A DNA stretch of 64,000 nucleotides from Candidatus Falkowbacteria bacterium RIFOXYA2_FULL_47_19 (GCA_001780275.1 MFGB01000013.1:10693-74692), one strand, 5' to 3'; shown: positions 43,956 through 53,717, counted from the stretch's first letter. Program-made: numbers and translations. Notes: a model not told the origin generated them from the sequence alone.

Positions 43956-45017
43956 ATGTTCAAAAAAATCACAATACTTTCGATCTTGTTACTTCTGCCC
44001 GTTTGCGCTAACGCCGCCGTGCTTTATTTAGATCCTGCCCAAGGCGAATACGGTCCGGGAGACAGTTTTACCGCCGACATAAAGATCGACGTGGACGGCG
44101 AATGCGTGAATACAGTCGAGGCTTTTATAGGTTTTCCGAGCGATTATCTTAATATCATCGATTTCCTGATCGGGGAATCGATCCTTAATCTGTGGGTGGA
44201 AAAGCCGGATAGAGCCGGTTTGAAAGAAGTCAATCAAAAAGGCGAATTGCATTTTTCCGGCGGGATCCCGGGCGGATACTGCGGCAAGATCCCTGGCGAT
44301 CCGGGAGAAAGCAATATTCTCGGCCGGATAGTATTCCAGGTGCCAGGCATGATCATAAGCGACATCGATCGGGATTCCCTTAGCGTCGATTTTTCCGCCG
44401 CTTCCCGCGTACTCCTTCATGACGGGCTCGGGACTGCCGATGTTCTCACGACCAGGGGGGCGGTTTATAAATTTTCCGGCGCGTCCACTGATCCCGACGA
44501 AAGCTGGAGAGAGGATATAAAAAGCGACACGATATCGCCCTTGCCTTTCGTGATCGAACTAAGGAGCGACCCGGGTATTTTTGACGGACGGTATTATATA
44601 ATATTTTCGACGACCGACAAGGAAACCGGCATGGATCACTTTGAAGTTTTAGAAATTACTCCGGAAGAACTCTCCGGCATCACGGATAAGCCCGGTCTTT
44701 ATGAGAGATTGTTCATGGAGCCGAAAACGCCGTCCGCCTGGAAAAGAGCTAAAACTCCATATTTGTTAGAGGATCAGAGCCTCCTTTCCGTGATCAGGGT
44801 AAAAGCGGTCGATAAAGCCGGCAATGAAAGAATAGAGGAATACGTTCCGCCGGAATCAATGCGGGTATCGGTATCAAGGCGAAGCCCTGGGGAGATCGTG
44901 TTCTGGGTATCGCTTGCGATCGCCGCTTTAACGGTTATATTCATCGTGATCATCCTCGTTATCAAGATCATAAAAAAGATAAAAAAATCCAAAAATTATG
45001 AGAAAAATAAGCCTTAG
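43956..45017 (+). CDS. Membrane-anchored cohesin-domain protein
   Basis: Signal peptide and an N-terminal cohesin-like domain (AVLYLDPAQGEYGPGDSFTADIKIDVDGECVNTVEAFIGFPSDYL...). C-terminal TM IVFWVSLAIAALTVIFIVIILVI plus a Lys-rich tail. Confidence 0.7.
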   Translation: MFKKITILSILLLLPVCANAAVLYLDPAQGEYGPGDSFTADIKIDVDGECVNTVEAFIGFPSDYLNIIDFLIGESILNLWVEKPDRAGLKEVNQKGELHFSGGIPGGYCGKIPGDPGESNILGRIVFQVPGMIISDIDRDSLSVDFSAASRVLLHDGLGTADVLTTRGAVYKFSGASTDPDESWREDIKSDTISPLPFVIELRSDPGIFDGRYYIIFSTTDKETGMDHFEVLEITPEELSGITDKPGLYERLFMEPKTPSAWKRAKTPYLLEDQSLLSVIRVKAVDKAGNERIEEYVPPESMRVSVSRRSPGEIVFWVSLAIAALTVIFIVIILVIKIIKKIKKSKNYEKNKP

Positions 45018-46752
45018 CCTTATTCTGATTCCGATAATTTTCTTATCGGGCCTTTTGCCTATCCAGCCGGTCAGAGCGGCCGGAGCTTCCCTGTATTTAG
45101 CGCCCGGGAGCGGCACTTACGTGATCGGCGGAAAATTCTCCGTAGCCGTAAAGGTCAATACCGGCGGAGCGGTAATCAACGCGGCCGAGGGTACGATCAG
45201 TTTTGACAAGAATCTTCTGGAGGTGGCGGGGGTTTCAAAAGGCGGATCGGTATTCAGCCTTTGGACAACGGAGCCGACTTTTTCTAATACCGCCGGCACA
45301 ATAAGTTTCGGCGGGGGCGTGCCGCGGCCGGGATATAACGGGGCGGCCGGCGGAGTTTGTACGATCACCTTTAAAGCCAAAAAGGCCGGAGCGGCCCAGG
45401 TCAGGTTTACGGCCGGGGCGGTTTTAGCCAATGACGGCAAGGGTACGAATATCCTTGCCAGCATGGGAAGCGGCTCTTATACCGTTTCTCCCCAGGTAAC
45501 TCCTCCGGAAACTTCGAAGCCGGAAACGGAAAGACCCAAACCGACGGAAACCGTTCCGGAAACCCCCAAAGAAACCGATTACAACAAGCCGGATATCACT
45601 TCTCCGACGCATGCGGACCAGAACCGATGGTATAACGTAACGACCGCCAAATTCGAATGGCCTTTACCCGATAACATAACCCAGGTCAGCGTCAGCTTGA
45701 ATAATTTACCCGTAAGCGATCCGGGTAATAAGCTCGACGGCCGCTTGGCGAATAAGGAAATTTCCGATATCGCACATGGGGTGTCGTATCTGCATGTAAA
45801 ATTCTTTGATAATAAAAAATGGGGCACGATTGCGCATTATCGGATAATGGTCGACACGAAACCTCCCAAGCCTTTTGAGGCCGTGATCAAGGAAATCGGA
45901 GTGGGCGAATGGCCGGAGATACTATTCGAAACCACCGATGAAGATTCGGGTTTGGAAAAATACGAGATTTTTATCGGCAGCCTTGAAAAGCAGGCTTTTG
46001 AAACCGCTCCGGATAAAAAATCCGTCAGATTGGAAAATCTAAGCGTCGGCGAGCACCTGGCTATGGTCAGGGCGCTCGATAAGGCAGGCAATTACCAGGT
46101 AGCCGCGATCGATTTTATGATTGCTCCGATTCCCGCGCCGATCATAACCAACTACACGGAAGAAATAAGGCCTTCGGGAGAATTCTTTATCAGCGGTACG
46201 GCCATCGAAAATACTTCCGTCGAAGTTTTTATCCAGAAAGATAACGATATAATAAAGGGAACCGCGCAATCCGATCCGAACGGCTCCTGGTTCTACGCTT
46301 ATGACAAAGGCCTGGGAAAAGGACGGCACATGGCTTGGGCGGAAGCGATCAATAAGAACGGACTCCGGAGCGAACCGAGCTCTAAAGCGAGCTTCCTCGT
46401 TTCGCCGCCCGTATTCACGACCATCGGTAATTTCGTACTGAACTATTTCGTGGTATTCGTCAGCCTTGTCTTCATGATCGTTGTCATCATCGCGCTGATA
46501 TTCCTGATCGTATTCTTCGTCAGGCGGAAGTTAAAGAAAGAAACCGTGGAAGCGGAAGTAGTTCTGCATAATAACCTTAAGGATCTGCGAAAGATGATCG
46601 AAGAAGAATTGACGGCTCTGGAAAAACACAAAGGCAAGGCCGGATTCAAGGAAGAGGAGATAAAAACCGAGAAAAAGATCGAAGACAGGATAGCGCAGAT
46701 AGAGAAAAAGATCCTGAAGGAGATGAAAGACGTGGAGGATATATTGAAATAG
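44998..46752 (+). CDS. Membrane-anchored cohesin-domain protein with a P/T/E-rich linker and a cytoplasmic coiled-coil tail
   Basis: Overlaps the upstream gene by 20 nt. Cohesin-like ASLYLAPGSGTYVIGGKFSVAVKVNTGGAVINAAEGTISFDKNLLEV...CTITFKAKKAG, linker PPETSKPETERPKPTETVPETPKE, TM FVVFVSLVFMIVVIIALIFLIVFFV. Confidence 0.75.
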   Translation: MRKISLSLILIPIIFLSGLLPIQPVRAAGASLYLAPGSGTYVIGGKFSVAVKVNTGGAVINAAEGTISFDKNLLEVAGVSKGGSVFSLWTTEPTFSNTAGTISFGGGVPRPGYNGAAGGVCTITFKAKKAGAAQVRFTAGAVLANDGKGTNILASMGSGSYTVSPQVTPPETSKPETERPKPTETVPETPKETDYNKPDITSPTHADQNRWYNVTTAKFEWPLPDNITQVSVSLNNLPVSDPGNKLDGRLANKEISDIAHGVSYLHVKFFDNKKWGTIAHYRIMVDTKPPKPFEAVIKEIGVGEWPEILFETTDEDSGLEKYEIFIGSLEKQAFETAPDKKSVRLENLSVGEHLAMVRALDKAGNYQVAAIDFMIAPIPAPIITNYTEEIRPSGEFFISGTAIENTSVEVFIQKDNDIIKGTAQSDPNGSWFYAYDKGLGKGRHMAWAEAINKNGLRSEPSSKASFLVSPPVFTTIGNFVLNYFVVFVSLVFMIVVIIALIFLIVFFVRRKLKKETVEAEVVLHNNLKDLRKMIEEELTALEKHKGKAGFKEEEIKTEKKIEDRIAQIEKKILKEMKDVEDILK

Positions 46753-46775
46753 GATACGGAAAAAATAAAAAATCG

Positions 46776-46801
46776 TAGGGGCGGATGATCATCCGCCCCT
46801 A
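46776..46801. repeat. GC-rich perfect palindrome / hairpin
   Basis: taggggcggatgatcatccgccccta, 24 nt after the cohesin gene's stop. No clear T run follows. Confidence 0.85.
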
Positions 46802-46877
46802 TGTTTGTATGTTGCAAAAATAGGTAAAATAGGTTAAAATAAAAGCATTAAAATAATAAATCATTAAATAATTAAAT

Positions 46878-48095
46878 ATGGCAAAAATCATTACTGATAA
46901 AGATAAAATCGAAGAAGTATTGTCGCGGGGAGTGGAGAAAATTTATCCGGACGCCACGGAATTCAGAAAATTGTTATTGTCCGGTAAACGCATTCGGTTG
47001 TATTGCGGCTATGATCCGACCGCCCCATCGCTCCATATCGGCAACGCCATCACGATCAATAAGCTCGCCCAATTCCAGGCCTTGGGCCATGAAGTTGTTT
47101 TTTTAGTCGGTTCGTTTACGGCTATGATCGGCGATCCGACCGATAAGCTGTCGGTACGCAAGAAGATGACCCGGGAAGAAGTTAAAAATAACGCCAGGTC
47201 TTATAAAAAACAGGCTTCGGCTTATCTGGCATTTAACGGCGGCAACGCGGCCGAGATAAAGAAAAACAGCGATTGGCACGATAAATTGTCTTTTAAGGAC
47301 CTGATAGAATTATCTTCACATTTTACGGTTCAGCAGCTGATCCAGCGCGATATGTTTCAGAAGCGGATGAAAGAAGAAAAGCCGATTTATTTTCATGAAT
47401 TTTTATATCCCCTGGCTCAGGCATACGACAGCGTAAAAATGGACGTCGATCTGGAGATCGGCGGCAACGACCAGATGTTCAATATGATGTGCGGCCGAGA
47501 CCTGATGAAAGCCTTGAATATGAAAGATAAATTCGTGATGACGCTTAAGATTCTTGCGGATGAAAAAGGCAATAAGATGGGCAAGAGCGAAGGCAACGCC
47601 GTATTTTTGGACACTGATCCGAAAAATATGTACGGCATAATCATGAGCTGGCCCGACGGTTTTATCGCTCCCGCCTTTGAGCTGGCGACGAAACTGCCGA
47701 TAAGTGAAGTGATAGAAATAAAAAAACAGCTTGAATCCGGCGTTAATCCGCGTGATCTCAAAATGAAACTGGCGCGCGAGATCACCGGCATCGTTCATGG
47801 CGTTAAGGCTGCCGCTCTGGCCGAGGAATATTTTGTGAAAACGATACAGAAAAAAGAAGCGCCGGAGGAAATCCCGGAAGTGAAATTGGAAATTGGAAAT
47901 TGGAAATTGGCGGATTTGTTATGCGAGGTTAAATTGGTTGCTAGCAAGGGAGAGGCGAGGAGATTGATTGAGCAGAACGGAATCAAGGCGGATGGAGCGG
48001 CTATTAGCGATATTAACGCGGAGATAAAAATCACTAAAAGGGGAATATTATTACAGAGGGGCAAGCGGCAGTTTATTAAAGTTGTTTTGAAATAA
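46878..48095 (+). CDS. tyrS: Tyrosyl-tRNA synthetase
   Basis: YCGYDPTAPSLHIGN (HIGH), KMGKSEGN (KMSKS), and a C-terminal S4-like domain (GEARRLIEQNGIKADG). Confidence 0.9.
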   Translation: MAKIITDKDKIEEVLSRGVEKIYPDATEFRKLLLSGKRIRLYCGYDPTAPSLHIGNAITINKLAQFQALGHEVVFLVGSFTAMIGDPTDKLSVRKKMTREEVKNNARSYKKQASAYLAFNGGNAAEIKKNSDWHDKLSFKDLIELSSHFTVQQLIQRDMFQKRMKEEKPIYFHEFLYPLAQAYDSVKMDVDLEIGGNDQMFNMMCGRDLMKALNMKDKFVMTLKILADEKGNKMGKSEGNAVFLDTDPKNMYGIIMSWPDGFIAPAFELATKLPISEVIEIKKQLESGVNPRDLKMKLAREITGIVHGVKAAALAEEYFVKTIQKKEAPEEIPEVKLEIGNWKLADLLCEVKLVASKGEARRLIEQNGIKADGAAISDINAEIKITKRGILLQRGKRQFIKVVLK

Positions 48096-48103
48096 AAAAA
48101 TAC

Positions 48104-49843
48104 ATGTACTCGCTGGAAAAAATAAAAATTGAAATCGCCGGGGAGATAAATCGGATGATCGGGAAAGACCTGGTTCAGGCATCCGACCTGGTTTATCCGC
48201 CCGATGCCGGCATGGGGGACTTGAGCCTGCCTTGCTTTAATCCGGCCAGGGAGCTTAAAAAAAGTCCGGTCGAAACCGCCAAGAAACTAGGGTCGGAATT
48301 TCCGAAAATAGATTCCGTGGCCACCGTAAGCGTCGCCGGTCCGTATCTTAATTTCAAACTCGATAAAATCTATTTTTCCAAAATAATCGTAACGGAGATA
48401 AATAAGCTAAAGGACAAGTACGGCAATAACGACACCGGAAAAGGCAGACGGGTGATGATCGAATATTCCAACGCCAATACCCACAAGGAATATCATATCG
48501 GACATTTGCGCAACCTTTGCTTTGGTGATGCGGTTCAGCGGATACTGGCCGCGAACGGCTATAAAAGCCTGCCGGTTTCTTATATTAACGATTTCGGAAT
48601 CCACGCGGCCAAAACGATCTGGTGGACATTCCACCCGGATAATAAATACGCCAAAGCGGTTTTGGCTGACCTTGAGCCGGAAAAACGGGGAGCATTTTTA
48701 GGCGAGATGTATGCGGCTTCCTGTCAGAGGGAAAAAGAAGATAAACTGGCCAAGCAGATGATCGAGCTGGTCATGAAAAAGATCGAGAGCCGCCAGGGAG
48801 AAGAATATGAGTTGTGGAAAAAAACCAGAGAGTGGACGATAGAGCAGTTCGACCGCATATACAAGGAATTAGGGATAAAATTCGTTCATATTTTTTATGA
48901 AAGTGAATATATCGACCAGGGACGAGCGGAAGTAAATGCCATGATAAAAAGCGGGCTTCTTAGCGTCAGTCAGGGAGCGGTAATCGCCGATCTTGAAAAA
49001 TACAAGCTGGGAGTACTTATGTTTCTCCGGTCGGACGGCACGGCTTTATATCCGGTGGCGGACCTGGCCTTAGCCAGAACAAAGGTCAATAATTATGATC
49101 TAGACAGGTCTGTTTACGTTACTGATACGCGGCAAAGTCTTCACTTTAAGCAGCTGTTCAAAGTGCTTGAACTTTCCGGGCTTAAAGCCGAGATGATCAA
49201 CCTGGGATACGAGTTCGTGAAATTACCCGGCGGCATGATGTCGTCGCGTTCCGGCAACGTCATTACCTACGAAGATCTGCGCGGGGAGCTCATGAAAAAA
49301 GCCATTCGCGAAACCGGGCAAAGACACGATGACTGGAGTGCCGTTAAGATAGAAACCGTCGCGGCGGCAATCACCATGGGCGCTTTGAAATTCGAGATGA
49401 TCAAGGTGGGCGCGGACCAAGTAATTACATACGACATCGATAAAGCCTTGAAATTCGAAGGTTTTACCGCGGCTTATCTGCAATACGCTTACGCGCGGAT
49501 CAGAAGTATCATCCGGAAAGCGAATGATGATTCCGCGGAACCGTCGGTTAATACCGGCAACGATAAAGCCGATACGGAAAACGACAAGGAGCATGAATTG
49601 ATCATGACGCTTTCTAAATATACGGAAGCGGTAAAAATGGCGGGAGAAGAATATGACCCGTCGGAGATCGCCAAATATCTTTTCGGGCTGGCGCAGATAT
49701 TCAATGATTATTATCACGCCGTGCCAGTGCTTAAAACCGACAAGGCCACGAGAAAAGCGAGGTTGAAACTCTGCGAGGCCGTAAGTTCGGTCATAAAAAA
49801 CGGTTTAGGTTTATTGGGGATCGGAGTGGTTGAGGAAATGTGA
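48104..49843 (+). CDS. argS: Arginyl-tRNA synthetase
   Basis: SNANTHKEYHIGHLRN (HIGH), MSSRSGNV, and a DALR anticodon-binding C-terminus ending ...VVEEM. Confidence 0.9.
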   Translation: MYSLEKIKIEIAGEINRMIGKDLVQASDLVYPPDAGMGDLSLPCFNPARELKKSPVETAKKLGSEFPKIDSVATVSVAGPYLNFKLDKIYFSKIIVTEINKLKDKYGNNDTGKGRRVMIEYSNANTHKEYHIGHLRNLCFGDAVQRILAANGYKSLPVSYINDFGIHAAKTIWWTFHPDNKYAKAVLADLEPEKRGAFLGEMYAASCQREKEDKLAKQMIELVMKKIESRQGEEYELWKKTREWTIEQFDRIYKELGIKFVHIFYESEYIDQGRAEVNAMIKSGLLSVSQGAVIADLEKYKLGVLMFLRSDGTALYPVADLALARTKVNNYDLDRSVYVTDTRQSLHFKQLFKVLELSGLKAEMINLGYEFVKLPGGMMSSRSGNVITYEDLRGELMKKAIRETGQRHDDWSAVKIETVAAAITMGALKFEMIKVGADQVITYDIDKALKFEGFTAAYLQYAYARIRSIIRKANDDSAEPSVNTGNDKADTENDKEHELIMTLSKYTEAVKMAGEEYDPSEIAKYLFGLAQIFNDYYHAVPVLKTDKATRKARLKLCEAVSSVIKNGLGLLGIGVVEEM

Positions 49844-49883
49844 TTTTTATTGCTTAGGGCTTAAATACTAATAATATACGCGT

Positions 49884-50513
49884 ATGAAAAAAATCATTAT
49901 TTTAACATTGGCTCTTTCTTTTTGCCTGGCCGGTACGGGTTGCGCCAAGAAAAAGCAGCCGGAAGCGGCGTTGCCGGAAAATAAAAATCAGAGCGGTTTG
50001 ACCGTTATCGCGGATGACACCTTGACCGGCTGGCTCAAGCGCGGCCGAAGCGTAGAGTGTTCCCTCTCTTCCCCTGAGGGAGAGATAAAGATCAGCGCCA
50101 AGAACGACAAAATCAGGATAGATGGCATCACGTACGCCCCGATGGACGCGCCCAACGAGCCGGTTAAAAACGGAGTATCTCTTACGGATGGCGACATGAC
50201 GTATATGTGGGGCGGCGGCAAAGGCACCAAGTTCAGTTTGAAAAAAATGCAAGAACTGTCCGGAGAACTGGACGGGATCCAGGAGCAAAGATCATGGGAG
50301 GATACGGCGTCGGAATGGGAAAGCGCCGGTTTAGGTTATAACTGCCGGGAAGCCGATCTGTCTGACGGCCTGTTTACCCCGCCGGCCGATGTTGTTTTCC
50401 AGGATCTGAACGAATTTATGGAAGGACTAGCCAATATAAGCAAGGAGCTGGAGAAAGCTATGGGAAACGGCCAATTCGACATGGAAACGCCGGCTATAGA
50501 AGGGTTGGAATAA
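49884..50513 (+). CDS. Putative lipoprotein
   Basis: MKKIIILTLALSFCLAGTGC is a signal with a lipobox-like Cys. 209 aa. Confidence 0.6.
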   Translation: MKKIIILTLALSFCLAGTGCAKKKQPEAALPENKNQSGLTVIADDTLTGWLKRGRSVECSLSSPEGEIKISAKNDKIRIDGITYAPMDAPNEPVKNGVSLTDGDMTYMWGGGKGTKFSLKKMQELSGELDGIQEQRSWEDTASEWESAGLGYNCREADLSDGLFTPPADVVFQDLNEFMEGLANISKELEKAMGNGQFDMETPAIEGLE

Positions 50514-50534
50514 ATTAATCATTCGATATATGCG

Positions 50535-50564
50535 AAAAGCCGCTCATAACGAGCGGTTTTTTTA
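50535..50564 (+). terminator. Rho-independent terminator
   Basis: aaagccgctc-ataac-gagcggttt stem followed by T7. Confidence 0.85.
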
Positions 50565-50670
50565 TTGACAACTTTATTGACTTTTATCGCGGTTAATGTT
50601 AAATTAATATCTTATAAAAAATTTGTTCATTGAAAATTGTATTTAATATAACAATAAAAAGGAGCTAGCA

Positions 50671-51591
50671 ATGAAAGAGATCCTGTTTATCGGCCGGGGC
50701 GGACAAGGGTTAGTATCGGCCGCCTCTATTTTAGCCCAGGCTTATTTAGCGGCTAACCGGCACGTATTGGCTTTTCCGAAATTCGGCGTGGAAAGAAGGG
50801 GCGCTATCATTGAGGCGTTTTTCCGTTTTAACGATAAGAAGATCGGCGATCGTTTCGCCATCCAACGTCCGGATCTTATTGTTTTTTCGGACGATATGAT
50901 CCTAAGATCGGATAATCGCCGTCTGGATGGATTAAGCGAGGGCGGCGTTATTGTTATAAATTCAGCCCGGCCGCCGAAAGACTTCGCTTGGCTGCGCGAA
51001 CGCGTAAAACACCTGAAGTCATTCAGGGCCGTTACGGTTGATGCCACTAAAATCGCGCTTGATTGCGGCATCGGCAGCCGGATGAACCCGATCACCAATA
51101 CGGCCATTGTCGGCGCGCTTGCCCGGATGCTTGATTTTTCCCTGGAGATAATCGTAGAGGTCATCAATAAGTCGGTACCCAATCCGGAAGCTAACGCCAG
51201 AGCGGCGCGGCAGGCTTTCGAGGCTTTGGAAATAATACCTTTTATCAGCCGCGAGATAAGCGCCGTTAAAAAAAGTTTCGGGCCTGAAAACCCTGATCAT
51301 GAGGACTATATCGTGTCCGTCACTACGCATGATATGACCGGCAACAAGACTGGAGATTGGCGAATGGGTTTTAAACCCGCGTTTGATCAGGAATTGTGCA
51401 ACCACTGCGGTTTATGCCGTGAATTTTGTCCGGACAGCGCTATCGGCGATGAGGCCGGCGGCAAGCTCCTGATCAATTATGATTATTGCAAGGGTTGCGG
51501 GATCTGCGCCCGGATGTGCCCGAAGAAAGCAATCTCCATGCAGGCGGAGGGTAGTGAAATTACGAACCAGGAGGCTGGCGATGAAAAATAA
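50671..51591 (+). CDS. 2-oxoacid:ferredoxin oxidoreductase, fused gamma + delta (2x[4Fe-4S]) subunit
   Basis: N-terminus FIGRGGQGLVSAASILA is the gamma signature. C-terminus has CNHCGLCREFCP and CKGCGICARMCP ferredoxin motifs. SD aaaaggag is upstream. Confidence 0.85.
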   Translation: MKEILFIGRGGQGLVSAASILAQAYLAANRHVLAFPKFGVERRGAIIEAFFRFNDKKIGDRFAIQRPDLIVFSDDMILRSDNRRLDGLSEGGVIVINSARPPKDFAWLRERVKHLKSFRAVTVDATKIALDCGIGSRMNPITNTAIVGALARMLDFSLEIIVEVINKSVPNPEANARAARQAFEALEIIPFISREISAVKKSFGPENPDHEDYIVSVTTHDMTGNKTGDWRMGFKPAFDQELCNHCGLCREFCPDSAIGDEAGGKLLINYDYCKGCGICARMCPKKAISMQAEGSEITNQEAGDEK

Positions 51592-53677
51592 TAATCTACG
51601 TTTACTCTCCGGCAACCAGGCGGCGGCGGAAGCGATTAGGCTTTGCCGGCCGAAAGTGGTTTCCGCTTATCCGATCACGCCCCAGACGACCGTCGTTGAA
51701 GCATTGGCGGAAATGCATGCCCAGGGAAAATTGCCCGGTAAGTTTTTAACGGTTGATTCCGAATCTTCGGCTATGGCGAGCTGCTTCGGCGCGAGCCTGG
51801 CCGGATCCCGGACGGCGACCGCCACTTCTTCGCAGGGCCTTCTTTTTATGGCCGAAAACGTTTATTGGGCCGCGAGTTCCCGCTGTCCGATCATTATGGT
51901 CAACGTGGATCGGGCTCTTTGTCATCCCTGGGGGCTCTGGAGCGACACCTGTGCCAGTATGGCTTTAAAGGATTACGGCTGGCTTATGTTCTATTGCGAA
52001 GACGCCCAGGATATCATGGACACGACGATCATCGCCTACCGGCTGGCCGAAGAACTGCTTCTGCCGGTCATGATCTCCTATGACGGCTTCCGGTGTTCGC
52101 ACGCCTATGAAGGCGTTTATGTGCCGACGCAGTCAGAGGTGGATGCTTTCTTGCCGCCCTTTAAGCCTCGCTTTAAGATGGATCCTGCCACGCCTTATTC
52201 TTTCGGGAATTTAGCCCAGCCGGACCATTACGCCAAGTTGCGCTACCGCCAGCATCGCGCGATCTTACGCGCGCCGGCCCTGGTCCGCAAATTTTCCGGG
52301 GAATTCGGCCGGATTGTCGGGCGCAGCCGGAAGATGATCCTGGAGGAAGGCGGAGCCAGTTACGCCAATACAGTCGTGCTGGCGGCCGGCTCCAAGGCCA
52401 GCGTGATCAGAAACGTGATCGGGGAACGGACGGACGTCGGGCTCGTAAAACTTAAGATGTTCAGGCCCTGGCCGGAAGAAGAGCTGCTTGAATCCCTGGA
52501 ACTGGCCGATCGGATCATAGTGATCGACGATAATATTTCCTGCGGACAGGGAGGTCATATCTGGCGCGAACTGCGCGCTTCCCTTTTCGGCCGACGCGGT
52601 CATATCCCCCCGGATGTCCTGGGTTATGTTTACGGCTTGAACGGTCAGGATTTTACCCCGGACGCGATCGAAAGCATTATCAGGGATGCCGGCAAGAGAA
52701 AAAACGACAATAAGCCTGTTTTGTGGGGCGAAGAAAAGATCAGCGTCAGACGGCGGCGGGAAAAAACCCCGGTTCAGGTCGGATCCAACCGCACGGGCCT
52801 GCCGTCCGATATCGGCTTGGGGCCGGGGCATACCGCTTGCGCCGGTTGCGGCGCGGCCATTGCCATGAAGCAGGCGCTTAAGGGCCTGGGGGGCGATACA
52901 GCCATGGTCATCCCGGCCTGCTGCTGGACGATCCTTCAGGGAGCGGGCGGCGGGTCCAGTATGCCGCACATACCCGTCCTCCATACCGCCTTCGGTTCCG
53001 CGGCCGCTACGGCCTGTGGCCTCAAATCCGGGCTGGAGGAAGAGGGGAAGGATACGGCGGTAGCGGTCTGGGGCGGAGACGGCTCGACTTACGATATCGG
53101 CCTGGGCGGAATATCGGGCGCTGCGGAACGGAACGATAATATCGTCTATATCTGTTACAATAATCAAGCCTACATGAATACCGGCATTCAAAGAAGTTCG
53201 GCCACGCCCAAGGGCGTGGTTACGACCACCACTCCCGCGGGCGCGCTTAAGACCGGTCCGGCCAAACGGATGCCCTTTGTTATGGTGGAACACAAGGTTC
53301 CCTACGTGGCCACCGCTTCTTTGTTCTATTTTAAGGACTTGCAGCGCAAAGTGAAAAAAGCCCGGGAAACGAAAGGTTTTTCTTACATTGAGATCCTGGT
53401 GCCTTGTACGGCCGGCTGGAAGTTTCCTTCCGATATGACGGTAGAGCTGTCGCGTCTGGCGGTCCAAACCGGTTTTTATCCGCTTTTTGAGATCGAGAAC
53501 GGGGTACTAAGTATCAATAAGCCGAGTCCGGGTAAAGAACTTCTGCCGATCGAAGATTATATCAAAGGCCAGGGGCGCTATAAGGACCTTTTAAAAAGCG
53601 CTGAACTTTTGGCTGCCATCCAGGCGGAAGTGAACGCGGACTGGGAAATTTTAAAAAAGATGAACCAAAAATCATAG
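51581..53677 (+). CDS. 2-oxoacid:ferredoxin oxidoreductase, fused alpha + beta (TPP-binding) subunit
   Basis: Start at ATG 51581 (MKNNNLRLLSGNQAAAEA..., SD aggagg upstream), overlapping the upstream gene by 11 nt. The alpha part has YPITPQT. The beta part has CAGCG and GGDGSTYDIGL...NNQAYMNTG. Confidence 0.85.
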   Translation: MKNNNLRLLSGNQAAAEAIRLCRPKVVSAYPITPQTTVVEALAEMHAQGKLPGKFLTVDSESSAMASCFGASLAGSRTATATSSQGLLFMAENVYWAASSRCPIIMVNVDRALCHPWGLWSDTCASMALKDYGWLMFYCEDAQDIMDTTIIAYRLAEELLLPVMISYDGFRCSHAYEGVYVPTQSEVDAFLPPFKPRFKMDPATPYSFGNLAQPDHYAKLRYRQHRAILRAPALVRKFSGEFGRIVGRSRKMILEEGGASYANTVVLAAGSKASVIRNVIGERTDVGLVKLKMFRPWPEEELLESLELADRIIVIDDNISCGQGGHIWRELRASLFGRRGHIPPDVLGYVYGLNGQDFTPDAIESIIRDAGKRKNDNKPVLWGEEKISVRRRREKTPVQVGSNRTGLPSDIGLGPGHTACAGCGAAIAMKQALKGLGGDTAMVIPACCWTILQGAGGGSSMPHIPVLHTAFGSAAATACGLKSGLEEEGKDTAVAVWGGDGSTYDIGLGGISGAAERNDNIVYICYNNQAYMNTGIQRSSATPKGVVTTTTPAGALKTGPAKRMPFVMVEHKVPYVATASLFYFKDLQRKVKKARETKGFSYIEILVPCTAGWKFPSDMTVELSRLAVQTGFYPLFEIENGVLSINKPSPGKELLPIEDYIKGQGRYKDLLKSAELLAAIQAEVNADWEILKKMNQKS

Positions 53678-53693
53678 AAAAAAATAAAAAAAC

Positions 53694-53717
53694 AATCCCG
53701 AAACTTCGGGATTTTTT
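53694..53717 (+). terminator. Rho-independent terminator
   Basis: atcccgaa/ttcgggat stem followed by T6. Confidence 0.8.

Noticed and set aside
52265-53467. 400-aa ORF on the - strand antisense to the POR alpha-beta gene. Similar long antisense ORFs include 4820-5365 and 29563-30171, and there are many within 21-33 kb.
   Set aside because: Their translations are Arg/Gly/Pro/Ala-rich and low-complexity with no motifs. They lie entirely opposite well-supported genes. They are the expected stop-free antisense frames of GC-rich, G/C-ending codon sequence.
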